From the NCBI GenBank assembly GCA_938084685.1, contig CALKGE010000003.1:99898-163897 (forward strand): 64,000 bases of DNA, in the 5' to 3' direction. Numbering within the stretch: position 1 is the stretch's first letter; each line of letters begins with the position of its first letter. This DNA is from an uncultured Pirellulaceae bacterium (GTDB lineage Bacteria; Planctomycetota; Planctomycetia; Pirellulales; Pirellulaceae). Shown piece by piece: positions 46,418-55,769 of this stretch. Below the pieces are notes generated by a model that searched no databases, was not told where the DNA came from, and was given only the letters and a program-made list of their open reading frames with translations. The translations under genes were made by a program, and so were the position numbers.

Positions 46418-48838
46418 TTAGGTTCCGGGAGCCGGTTCGGCGTCGTCTGGTCCGTCAACAGGCGGGCCGTCTGGTTCACCATTCTGGTCCGGATTGTTAC
46501 GGGCTTGTTCTTCTGCAAGTTTTTCGGCCTCCAGTCGAGCTGCTTCGTCAGCTTCTACTTTCAACCGGTATCGTTCTCTTACTTCATTCGGCTCCCACAG
46601 GAACTGCACGGTAAAGGAATACTTCTTTGCGGTATATTCGACTTTTTCTTCAGCTGGTGCTGCATTACCACCCGTCGTCGGATTGCCTCCTGTTCCGCTG
46701 GCAGGATCTGTTCCGCCGGTGATGCCGCTCGCTGCCTCACTTCCAAAGTTCGTGCTAGCTCCTCCAAAACTGTTATTGTCGGAAGCTCCAATTTTAACTT
46801 CCCCTTCATATTTGGAGTCGGCGAGAACGATGTACTTGATGCCCATCTGTTCCATGCTGAATGGCGTTACGCCAAAAGGAGTGGGGATGGCGATAACCGA
46901 GTGGCGTAGTCGTTCCAGCAGAGCGTACTGAACATGGCTCTTGTAACCGGTTTCATTGTTGTTGTTGAAGTAGTGGTAACCTTGAAGCTGGATGACCCAG
47001 GCTCCGTCTTCCGAGGGTGTGAATTCGTCATTATCTGTATTTCCACTTTGGGAAGAACTTCCACGACCGCTACCGCTATTATCAGCTGCCGCTGCTGCAT
47101 CAGCTTGACGTTGCAATTCGAAATTGCGAAGGAATTGGACATAGGCAGTATTGTTTTGAACAAAACTCTGGTTCTTGACAATGCTTTCGAGCCATGTCTG
47201 ACGATCCTGGTCCATTTCCCTGAGATTACTGGTGTAACGGGCTTCATTTTTTGCCCACCAGATTTTGAGGTCATCTTCGGATAGGAAGGCGTTGTCGACC
47301 GATTCGATGTAGAAGTCAGGGCGATCTTTGAACTGGATCACGTCCGGGTCACGCCATTGCGTTTGTTCACCCGGGAGCACGTAATTAATAGCTCCGATCA
47401 GTTCCAGCCACATGACCTGACGATCTCCGTACCCAATCAGCTGATTACCAAACAAAATCAGGTTGTCGTACTCTTTCTTGATCTTGTCATAGTCCTGTTT
47501 GTTACGGGTCGATTCCGAGTTGGCCGAGTCCGCACTGGAGATAGCGGTTTCCCACTTACCAATCGGATTTGTACCTGTCTGGTCGTGGGCGACATTATTC
47601 CACTGAGCGAAATTCAGGAAGTAATTAAAGGTAAACGAGATCAGTAGTAACGCGATGGCGGCAACTACCCATGGTTTTTTCGAGTCAACCAGTCGGTCAA
47701 ATAGAAGTTCCCGTGGGAGCAGGTTGGTTTGAAGTTGAGCTACTCCGAGTGCTTGAAGGCAAAGGCCGTAGCAGTTGCCATAGGCCAGAACATTGTTTCG
47801 AAAGGTGGGGCTGGCCGTCACACTGGATCCCTGAAGTCGATTCCAGGTCTCCAGCTCGACAATGTCGATTTCAACCTTTTTCCCGATGAAGCTACGGAGT
47901 CCGGGGAGTTTGGCGGTGTTGCCCAGGATGACCACTCCTTTGATCGTTGCTTTACGATCAATCCCTTCGAAGAACCGCAGAGTTCGCTGGACTTCTGTTC
48001 CCAGGTTGTCATAGACGCTGCGCATTGCCTGAAAGACTCGCTTCGGATCCGGAGCTTCACGAGCGTTTCGTTTGAGGTGTTCGGCTTTGCTGAACGTCAG
48101 CTTGAGTTGTTGTGTCATTTGGCGAGTGAAATGATTACCGCCGATCGGAATGCTGCGGTGCCAGACGCGGAATCCGTTGGTGATGACCATATCAGTGGTT
48201 TCCGTGCCGATTGATAACACCATGTAGCTGGGGGGAGGCGAGTCCGGATCGAAGGCGTCCGGGTCAGGACAATTGTCCAGCAGGTCATAGGTAATACAGT
48301 TGTAGATCGCCATGGGTGCCAGTTGGATGGCATCCAGTTTCAGTTCCGCATTATCGAAGGGACGCATCTCGCGTATCACCTGATCGCGTTTCATGGCAAA
48401 CAAGCCAACTTCAGCATCGATGATCAGGCCTTCCATTTCGGAACCACCACCCATTTGCTGAAAGTCCCAGACAACTTCATTCAAATCGAAAGGGATCTGC
48501 TGCCGGGCTTCAAACTCCACAATGTCCCGCAGTTTCTTTTGTTCAATTGGGGGTGGCTTGAAGAACTTTGCCAAACCGGACTGACCTGACACAGAAACGG
48601 CTACGCGTTCATGCTCAATGTCATTACGTTCCTTCAACTGCTCTAATGCGTCAGCAATCAGGGCTTCCGGGTCTGCATCTGGTTGGCTCAGAATTTTGGG
48701 GTATTCAATGTAGTCGACCTGTGTTGCGACGACCTCGCCGTCCTGGATCTCGCAGCGCATTGCCTTGAGTGCGCATTGTCCAATGTCGACTCCCCAGACT
48801 CCAGGATTTGTTTTAGCGGCCATTAGGACCCTTTCCAA
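46418..48838 (-). CDS. PilM-like actin-fold ATPase fused to a PilN-like TM segment and a ~400-aa periplasmic extension
   Basis: 806-aa ORF. The PilM pattern reads VWGVDIGQCALKA..., VEFEARQQIPFDLNEVVWDF, LSIGTETTDMVI...IPIGGNHFT...AEHLK, RTLRFF...VVILGNTAKLPGL. Next comes the PilN hallmark NLLPRELL (nt ~47725), followed by the TM helix WVVAAIALLLISFTFNYFL. Confidence 0.85.
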   Translation of the reverse strand: MERVLMAAKTNPGVWGVDIGQCALKAMRCEIQDGEVVATQVDYIEYPKILSQPDADPEALIADALEQLKERNDIEHERVAVSVSGQSGLAKFFKPPPIEQKKLRDIVEFEARQQIPFDLNEVVWDFQQMGGGSEMEGLIIDAEVGLFAMKRDQVIREMRPFDNAELKLDAIQLAPMAIYNCITYDLLDNCPDPDAFDPDSPPPSYMVLSIGTETTDMVITNGFRVWHRSIPIGGNHFTRQMTQQLKLTFSKAEHLKRNAREAPDPKRVFQAMRSVYDNLGTEVQRTLRFFEGIDRKATIKGVVILGNTAKLPGLRSFIGKKVEIDIVELETWNRLQGSSVTASPTFRNNVLAYGNCYGLCLQALGVAQLQTNLLPRELLFDRLVDSKKPWVVAAIALLLISFTFNYFLNFAQWNNVAHDQTGTNPIGKWETAISSADSANSESTRNKQDYDKIKKEYDNLILFGNQLIGYGDRQVMWLELIGAINYVLPGEQTQWRDPDVIQFKDRPDFYIESVDNAFLSEDDLKIWWAKNEARYTSNLREMDQDRQTWLESIVKNQSFVQNNTAYVQFLRNFELQRQADAAAAADNSGSGRGSSSQSGNTDNDEFTPSEDGAWVIQLQGYHYFNNNNETGYKSHVQYALLERLRHSVIAIPTPFGVTPFSMEQMGIKYIVLADSKYEGEVKIGASDNNSFGGASTNFGSEAASGITGGTDPASGTGGNPTTGGNAAPAEEKVEYTAKKYSFTVQFLWEPNEVRERYRLKVEADEAARLEAEKLAEEQARNNPDQNGEPDGPPVDGPDDAEPAPGT

Positions 48839-49485
48839 ATATCAATACGAACAGCTTGATTGCCAGTCCGGTAATTGAAGAACTTGTTAAACCTGCCAGT
48901 GTAACCTTCACCAAGTACCCGATTACGACGTTGGCGCGTTGCTTACCGACTCTATCGACCAGAACCTGTCCGGATTCTGACATCAGGTCTGTACGGATAC
49001 TACATGTCCTACAGTCGTTATGTCCATCACAACTTTGAACAACCGGGTGCTCAGAATAGAGCAATTATACCGATTACAAGGTCGTCATCGAGGGTTACTC
49101 GGGTCTTCGCTTTCAGCGGTTTCAGGATAAGTTTCAAGGATGAATGATTCCGCATCGTTACCTTCGACTAAATGTAAACGACAGAAGTTCCCCTCAAAAA
49201 AGCTCAATGCTCCGATTCCCTACTATCAATCTAGTTAACAGCAGGTTTTAGTGTCAAACATTTTACTTCGTATTGCAAGGAGTTTGCGGCGACATGTCGA
49301 GCGCGAATATTCACGAAACAGGTTAAAACATGTTCCTACGTATGGTAGTTAGGACAAGATGAGCAAATAATGCTTTTATTGGTTTATGTCGTGACAATTT
49401 GGTTTTGAATTTACACCACCACCACCCTCTCGACTTTTTGCCCTTCCATTTTCACCTTGATTTCATCAAACCGGTTTTTCCAGAG

Positions 49486-52305
49486 ATGCCCTACAAAGAA
49501 CTTTCCATTCTGCTGTCCTGTCATAGCCTCGAGGATTTTCCGACCTACCACGAAGGGGATGAGGCGGCAAGTTTATTGGCAAGCTGGACCGGGTTATGGC
49601 ATCCCTTTCTGATTCACGAGTCCCGGGGGATTGTGAAGTGGCATCGAGTGGATGACCCGCCGGAAGAGTTGATGAATAAGTTGATTGTGGTTCCCATGAC
49701 CAGTGCGGACAATTTGCAGACCGGTTATCTGCAGCGAGCCGATGATGCGGGAGCCCGAGTGATCAGTCGGCAAACTTGTCGGCAGGAAATCATCCGCCAG
49801 GCACTCGAAGGACATGATGTCCCGGAGATGGATCAGGATCTGATTGACGACTTCCTGGCGCTGGGATATTTCTATCTGCAGATTGAACTGCTCACCAGAC
49901 AGATGCGTTATGCCAGTAACCTGGACGAGATTCATTTTGAGAATACCGTATGTGATGCCGCTCGGTTTGCGGTGACCGGAGATCGTGAGCAGGCCATCGA
50001 GAAGATTCAATCAGCGTTTGATCTGCTGTCTACCGAGCGAGATCATTACTATTCAGTGGACGCCTATCTGGTGGACATCAATATGGTGGCTGAATCCACG
50101 TTAGGAACGATGCTTGTTGATGAATTGACCGATACTCCAGCGACGAATCTACTGCTGCCCCCAGCGTTATACCAGGAATTGGCCGAAACTCATCCACGTT
50201 CCCTGGAACGGATCTGCCAGCGCATGGTAGATGGGACGTTGAGTGTTTTATGCTGTGAGCACGAGAATATTCCGAATACGATGTTGCCAGCTGAAGCAGT
50301 ACGGGAGTCACTGCTGGCCGGTCGCAAGTCCTTTCAGGATCTGTTTGGTCAGACGCCAGCAGTGTACGGACGAAAGGACTTCGGGTTAACTTCTAATCAT
50401 CCGCAGTGGCTGCAGCAGTGCGGATACGATGCCGCTTTGCATTTTCTGTTAGGTGAGGGAAGTTATCCGGAAAGTTCTCAGGCAAAGACTCGCTGGGAAG
50501 GAGTCGAGAATACTCAGGTGGATTGTATCGCCAGAGTGCCACTGAATGCCAACCGCCACGAAACGTTTCTGGGATTATCCAGTCGTCTGGGGGAAACGAT
50601 GGATATGGACCACGTGGCTACGCTCTGTCTGGCACACTGGCCGGGTCAGGTTTTACCCTGGTATGACGATATGCGGAGGGCGTCCAAATACACCAATGCG
50701 TTGGGACGCTTTGTAACTCTGGAAGAATATTTTCGAGATACCGATTTACCGGGAATGAATGAAAAGTTTGAAGGAGATCAATATAAGTCGCCCTATCTGA
50801 AGCAGGCGATGATCAAGACGATTGCCAATCCAATTTCGAGGTCGGTGCGTTACTGGCGAATAAACAACCGGATTGAATTGCTGGAAGGTGCCAACTTGAT
50901 GCTGGGGCTACTCGGCGGTGACCTGCTGGCGGACGTTTCCTCGGCTCGCTGCGACCATGCCGGTTTACACCAACTGTTAACCGCAGACGACATCGAACAG
51001 AAGTTGGAGGAACTGGAATCGCGTGTTAGTCAGTTGGAGTGTGAGTCAGGTGCGGCTCTGGCTGCTGCCGTCCCCAGAGAGGGAGAATCGACCCCAGGAG
51101 TGCTGGTTTTCAATCCCTATGGAGCGACACGTCGTCTGCAGGTCAGTGATACTGTTTTGTCCCGGATTCCGGATTTGGAGAAGCCGGTGTATGCGGCCGC
51201 CAGCCAGGGAGAATCGATGCAGGTTGTCGTGGACACTCCTTCGCTCGGGTTCAGCTGGTTAACCTCCGGTTCCAGACGTGAAAAGTCAGGGCCAGTGATT
51301 GCCGAAAAGAACATGTTAAAGAATGATTTCTTTGAGGTGCTTGTCAATGAAACAACTGGAGGCATCCAGTCCATCAACTCGTACGATGCGCCACGTCACA
51401 ACCGAGGTTCCTTTCAACTTGCCTACCGGCGCCCGGTGCGGAAGAAGTCTGGCCGTCCTGCCGAGTCAGACGATTTGGCGAACTATTCGGTCATGGCAGC
51501 AGATTCAGTGGAGGTGACTGCAAGTACGACTGTGTATGGTGAATTGACGGTACAGGGACGTATTATGAGTCGGTCCGGAGAAGTGCTGGCTCGTTACACT
51601 CAGATTCTTTCTCTGTTTCGCGGGTCCCGAATTCTGCACGTCGATATTGAACTGGACATTGATGAATTACCCAGAAACAATCCCTGGAATTCCTACTATT
51701 GCTTCCGGTATGCCTGGGACAATGAAGCTGCGACGGTATACCGTACCGTGAACGATGTCCGGCAGCGAGCTTCGGGAAATCGATTGGAAGCACCTCAGTA
51801 TCTAGAAGTGGAAGCGGAAAAGAACACGGCGCTGCTGACTGGCGGATTGCCATTTCATCGACGGGTTGGCCGGCGATTTCTGGATTCGATTCTGGTGGTC
51901 ACCGGGGAGACTGAGCGGCGGTTTCAACTCGGGATAGGTCTGGATTTACCCCAACCCGTACACTACGCTCGGCAGTTCGGAACAACTCCGGTAGTGGTTA
52001 GCGAAACAGCTGCAGCTCCGACAGGCCAGGCCACCAGTTCGCTGCTGCATGTGGACGCTCGTAATGTGCTGGTGACACGCTGGGAGCCTATTACGGAAAA
52101 GGGTCTGCTGGTCGGTTACAAGGCGCGTTTGATGGAGAGTGCGGGGCGACCGGTGCGAGTGCGACTGACGAGTTGCCGACGCGTCTCTGCGGCCACTCAA
52201 TTCAAGCTTTGTGGTGAGAAAATAGCCGAGTGCGATCTGGATGACGGACGTGTGGTATTGGAACTGACTGCCAATGAGTGGGTCGAACTGGAAGCCCGGT
52301 TTTAG
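49486..52305 (+). CDS. Large conserved-looking cytoplasmic protein of unknown function
   Basis: The track ORF starts at 49399 (TTG, His-run). ATG 49486 (MPYKELSILLSCHSLEDF) is more plausible. The product is ~940 aa with no signal peptide or TM helix. The C-terminus has a beta-sandwich-like ending reminiscent of GH38-type enzymes, but I could not find the catalytic motifs. Confidence 0.7.
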   Translation: MPYKELSILLSCHSLEDFPTYHEGDEAASLLASWTGLWHPFLIHESRGIVKWHRVDDPPEELMNKLIVVPMTSADNLQTGYLQRADDAGARVISRQTCRQEIIRQALEGHDVPEMDQDLIDDFLALGYFYLQIELLTRQMRYASNLDEIHFENTVCDAARFAVTGDREQAIEKIQSAFDLLSTERDHYYSVDAYLVDINMVAESTLGTMLVDELTDTPATNLLLPPALYQELAETHPRSLERICQRMVDGTLSVLCCEHENIPNTMLPAEAVRESLLAGRKSFQDLFGQTPAVYGRKDFGLTSNHPQWLQQCGYDAALHFLLGEGSYPESSQAKTRWEGVENTQVDCIARVPLNANRHETFLGLSSRLGETMDMDHVATLCLAHWPGQVLPWYDDMRRASKYTNALGRFVTLEEYFRDTDLPGMNEKFEGDQYKSPYLKQAMIKTIANPISRSVRYWRINNRIELLEGANLMLGLLGGDLLADVSSARCDHAGLHQLLTADDIEQKLEELESRVSQLECESGAALAAAVPREGESTPGVLVFNPYGATRRLQVSDTVLSRIPDLEKPVYAAASQGESMQVVVDTPSLGFSWLTSGSRREKSGPVIAEKNMLKNDFFEVLVNETTGGIQSINSYDAPRHNRGSFQLAYRRPVRKKSGRPAESDDLANYSVMAADSVEVTASTTVYGELTVQGRIMSRSGEVLARYTQILSLFRGSRILHVDIELDIDELPRNNPWNSYYCFRYAWDNEAATVYRTVNDVRQRASGNRLEAPQYLEVEAEKNTALLTGGLPFHRRVGRRFLDSILVVTGETERRFQLGIGLDLPQPVHYARQFGTTPVVVSETAAAPTGQATSSLLHVDARNVLVTRWEPITEKGLLVGYKARLMESAGRPVRVRLTSCRRVSAATQFKLCGEKIAECDLDDGRVVLELTANEWVELEARF

Positions 52306-52345
52306 GAGCTGTCCCGAGTCATCAGGAGGACATGGAGGAGAGTCA

Positions 52346-52993
52346 ATGATTGTGACAATCGATGGGCCGGCCGGCGCGGGAAAGAGTACGGTGGCCCGGA
52401 TGCTCGCCGAGCGACTGGGGTTTGATTTTCTTGATACTGGCGCGATGTACCGCTGTGTCGTTTTACAGGGAAGCCGACAGGAAGTTGATTGGGAAGACGA
52501 CGATGCACTTGGCGCAATCGCTCGGGAATTGCAGCTGAAGTTCGACAAGGGATCGGTTTTACTTGATGGCGAAGACGTGAGTGCGGAAATACGGACACCA
52601 GAGGTGACGGCGTTGATTCACCACGGAGCTGACAACCTTCAGGTTCGTGAAGCGATGGTGGCTCTGCAACGCCGATTGGCGGACGGCAAAAGTGTGGTGA
52701 CCGAAGGTAGAGACCAGGGAACGGTCGCATTTCCCGATTCTCAGTGCAAATTCTTTCTTTCGGCAAGTGCTGAGGAACGGGCGAAACGACGTGTTGAACA
52801 GATGAGACAGACTGGCAAGGAGGTCAGTTTGGACGAAGTGTTGCAGCTGCAGAATCGCCGGGATCAGCAGGATGAATCCCGCGAGGTTGGTGGTTTGCGG
52901 GCCGCGGAAGATGCTCTGCATGTCATCACTGACGGGATGCGTCCATTCGAAGTTGTTGAACATCTCGAACGCCTGGTACGCATGCGTATGTGA
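52346..52993 (+). CDS. cmk: Cytidylate kinase
   Basis: The track ORF starts at 52274. The start is revised to MIVTIDGPAGAGKSTVARMLAERLGFDFLDTGAMYR. Confidence 0.9.
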   Translation: MIVTIDGPAGAGKSTVARMLAERLGFDFLDTGAMYRCVVLQGSRQEVDWEDDDALGAIARELQLKFDKGSVLLDGEDVSAEIRTPEVTALIHHGADNLQVREAMVALQRRLADGKSVVTEGRDQGTVAFPDSQCKFFLSASAEERAKRRVEQMRQTGKEVSLDEVLQLQNRRDQQDESREVGGLRAAEDALHVITDGMRPFEVVEHLERLVRMRM

Positions 52994-53086
52994 CCGGTAC
53001 GACAGAGAAGATGTTCATGTTATAGTACGCTCAAGCCGAGTCTGGCTCGGCACGGAAACTCGGTAACAGGAATCGATAAATCACTT

Positions 53087-53743
53087 ATGGCAAAATCGCA
53101 GGCAAAGCCGAAATCATTTGGCAAATATCTGTTTTACATCGTGTGCAGATTCATCTTTCGGCTGGTAGGGTTGCTGCTGTTCAAGTACCACTGCCAGGGA
53201 CGTCACCATTTGCCGGACAGGGGAGGAGCGATCATCTGTGCGAATCACCAGAGTTTTCTGGATCCACCGTTGGTCGGCATGGCATTATCACGTCACTTTG
53301 TGTTTCTTGCTCGTAAGACGTTATTTGGCAATCCGGTTTTTGGGTTCATCATATCCATGCTTGACGGTGTGCCCTTGAATCGGGACGGACTGGGGATTGA
53401 AGGAATCAAGACGACGCTACGAAAACTCAAAGCGGGTCAAGCCTTGATCATGTTCCCCGAAGGAACTCGTAGCAAGACAGGTGACCTGCAACCACTCAAG
53501 AGTGGCTTTATTACGCTGGCCAGACGTTCGCACGTTCCGTTAATTCCATGTGGCGTCGTGGGCGCCATTGATTGTCTTCCACGTGGAGGCAAGTTACCCC
53601 GGTTTGAACGCATTCGTTGCGTCTATGGCCCACCAATAACCGCTGACCAAGTGACTGAGATGTCTGATGAAGCCTTGATTGAATTGCTGACTTTGCGAAT
53701 GAAAGAGTGTATTCAGCGGGCTGAACTCAGTCGGGGCAAGTAA
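53087..53743 (+). CDS. plsC: 1-acyl-sn-glycerol-3-phosphate acyltransferase
   Basis: 218-aa ORF with HX4D (NHQSFLDP) and FPEGTRS. It lies downstream of cmk, a common arrangement. Confidence 0.85.
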   Translation: MAKSQAKPKSFGKYLFYIVCRFIFRLVGLLLFKYHCQGRHHLPDRGGAIICANHQSFLDPPLVGMALSRHFVFLARKTLFGNPVFGFIISMLDGVPLNRDGLGIEGIKTTLRKLKAGQALIMFPEGTRSKTGDLQPLKSGFITLARRSHVPLIPCGVVGAIDCLPRGGKLPRFERIRCVYGPPITADQVTEMSDEALIELLTLRMKECIQRAELSRGK

Positions 53744-53747
53744 AGGC

Positions 53748-54878
53748 TTACGTTTCAAGTCGTCTGGCGAGGACGTCGTGGTGCAGTGGAGTGATCTTCA
53801 CATTGCTGGGCGGCTCGGTGAGCAGAATGTCATGCTGCTTCTGACGAGGGGCAGTGAAAGAAAACTGGACTACGAATGCCCCGACCTGAACTCCGTGTCC
53901 CGAATAGACCGGAGGCCAGAAGTCTTCTGCTCGGCTTGCCAGTGTTCGAGCCAGCATGCGAGTCGCTCGTCCGGAGAATCCTCCGACCACCATTTCCAGT
54001 CTTCCCAGTGCTTCGCGGTGGATGTAGAAAACCATCGCCGCATCTTCTGTTTTTTCATTCCAGCGACATGCTTCCCAGGTTCCGTCTTCCGTTTCGTACA
54101 TGATCCCGGGGGCCGTCGGGAATTCGCTTTGGGATAATCGAGTACCTGCCATGCAGGATTCCGGTTGCAAGTCGTCATCGCGGTAACGGAGCATCAGTGG
54201 ACAGCTTCGTTCTGTCCCGGTGGCAGCGGTTGACTGGTCTTTAAACGCTTCACAATCAAACGTGGTTGCCATGATGTGCTCGACGACCGGGTTGCTTTTG
54301 ACAGATCCTAATCCGATCAGCCCTCGATCCGAACTGAATTGATTGAAAGCATCGTAGACTTCGGCACTTCGCCGAAAGACTTCGGATTGATCTTTTTCAC
54401 TGGGACTCCAGACCAACGACTGCTGCAGCAATTCGGGATGGGGGATGGGTTGGGAGTCGTTCATTTTGGAAGTCCCACCCAGCGAGGAAATCCCGTTAAG
54501 TAATTCTCCGATGAGCAGCGAATCGGATGCGACGAGCCAGGCGCCGTGAGGCCCATCACCGTCGTCCTCAAACCGTCGAATTCCACAGCAGATTTCAATG
54601 CGTTGACGTCGGGCCAACAGTTCCCAAAAGTTTTCCGACTCGACAGCGAATAGTGCTCCAGGCAATTGATCAGCCGTAGCGTAACCGTGTTCGACCAGAT
54701 AGTCACAGAGTCTGGAGAGTGCCTTCAGTGGTATGTACTTGACTTCATTTTTCAGCAGCGCTGAAACCTGGTGCCTGTCCAAACCTGTGTACTCGACAAT
54801 CGATTTGACGGTTCCTGGGCGTTTGCGTGGATCAGGAATGTGGCCCAGTAGTTCTGCGAGTCGAAACGAGTATTGCAT
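53748..54878 (-). CDS. Hypothetical protein with an N-terminal helix-turn-helix-like domain
   Basis: 376-aa ORF. The first ~75 aa resemble an XRE/Cro-type HTH (VKSIVEYTGLDRHQVSALLKNEVKYIPLKALSRLCDYL). I did not recognise the remainder. Confidence 0.5.
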   Translation of the reverse strand: MQYSFRLAELLGHIPDPRKRPGTVKSIVEYTGLDRHQVSALLKNEVKYIPLKALSRLCDYLVEHGYATADQLPGALFAVESENFWELLARRQRIEICCGIRRFEDDGDGPHGAWLVASDSLLIGELLNGISSLGGTSKMNDSQPIPHPELLQQSLVWSPSEKDQSEVFRRSAEVYDAFNQFSSDRGLIGLGSVKSNPVVEHIMATTFDCEAFKDQSTAATGTERSCPLMLRYRDDDLQPESCMAGTRLSQSEFPTAPGIMYETEDGTWEACRWNEKTEDAAMVFYIHREALGRLEMVVGGFSGRATRMLARTLASRAEDFWPPVYSGHGVQVGAFVVQFSFTAPRQKQHDILLTEPPSNVKITPLHHDVLARRLET

Positions 54879-54981
54879 GGAGGTGTGTTGAAGAAAGCAG
54901 GCCTGGAAAAGCTACTGCAACGTAGCATCAGATTCAGGTATTTTAACAGCACCGCCCCCATTATGCTGGGAATTGTTCCCA

Positions 54982-55236
54982 TTAAGCCGCATTAGCAGTG
55001 GTTTGTTCGTCACTAAGGGAGATTCTGTCCTGTTCGATGTGTTCGATGACAAGTGCCAGTTCACCGGACTCGGGAATCCAGATGGCTTGCAGTTGCTGAC
55101 AGGAGAAGCATCTTCCGTTGTAGTGCCCGTTTTTGAGCAGAATGGCTTCCTGAAGTTCAGTGGTGGGATCGGCGCCGTTTGCGAGAAAAAAGTCGATGGC
55201 ACGGGCTCGAATTAACTCGGATAACTGCATGGTCAA
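54982..55236 (-). CDS. Small hypothetical protein (84 aa)
   Basis: ORF with protein-like composition, 103 nt upstream of the HTH gene on the same strand. There is no motif support. Confidence 0.3.
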   Translation of the reverse strand: MTMQLSELIRARAIDFFLANGADPTTELQEAILLKNGHYNGRCFSCQQLQAIWIPESGELALVIEHIEQDRISLSDEQTTANAA

Positions 55237-55769
55237 TCAGGTTGAGGAACTGGAGAAATGTCGTACAGGTCCAGAAAGAGACGCACTATCGGTTTCGGTT
55301 TAATTTGGCAGAGAAGTACAGGAAATAGACGGAAGCGGGAACAGGTTTACCAGAGCCCCTATTTTGCCAAGAATTGACAAAAGTCGGGGAGTACAGGTCG
55401 GGCTGGTTGGCCAGTGCGAGGAAAAAAGTTTGCAGGTAGTAGAGTGTATTGGATGACTGCGAAGTTGTCTGACAGGAGAGAACTTCTGCGAGGAGTTTTC
55501 CCTGGAAACAGGATCGCGTAAGGCCCCGGCAGCGGAAACGAGCCTTGCCAAGACGAATTTGGATGTGAGCAGACCGGTCCAGGCGAGAGTACTCTGGGCA
55601 TTCTATTTCTCGGCGATAATAACTTCGCAAAACTTGAATAATCTGAGACGAAAAGGTAGGTTTAAGCCCTGTCCTCACGGATTTCTTATGCATCAGTTGT
55701 AACCTGGCGATGCTCGAATGATGTGGATTGATTCCTGGTGGCTATTTTTTTCTTGCTTGGAGGTACGTC

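Noticed and set aside
49399-49485. The His-run N-terminus (MVLNLHHHHPLDF...) of the 968-aa track ORF
   Set aside because: It starts at TTG, and the translation looks like read-through of upstream non-coding sequence. The first ATG, at 49486, gives a sensible N-terminus.
55286-55693. A 135-aa minus-strand ORF (plus overlapping 83- and 80-aa ORFs)
   Set aside because: The composition is Arg/Ser/Cys/Leu-rich and non-protein-like, with three mutually overlapping frames and no motif. I left it uncalled. The region may be non-coding or hold an RNA that I could not identify; I saw no RNase P, tmRNA or SRP core motifs.
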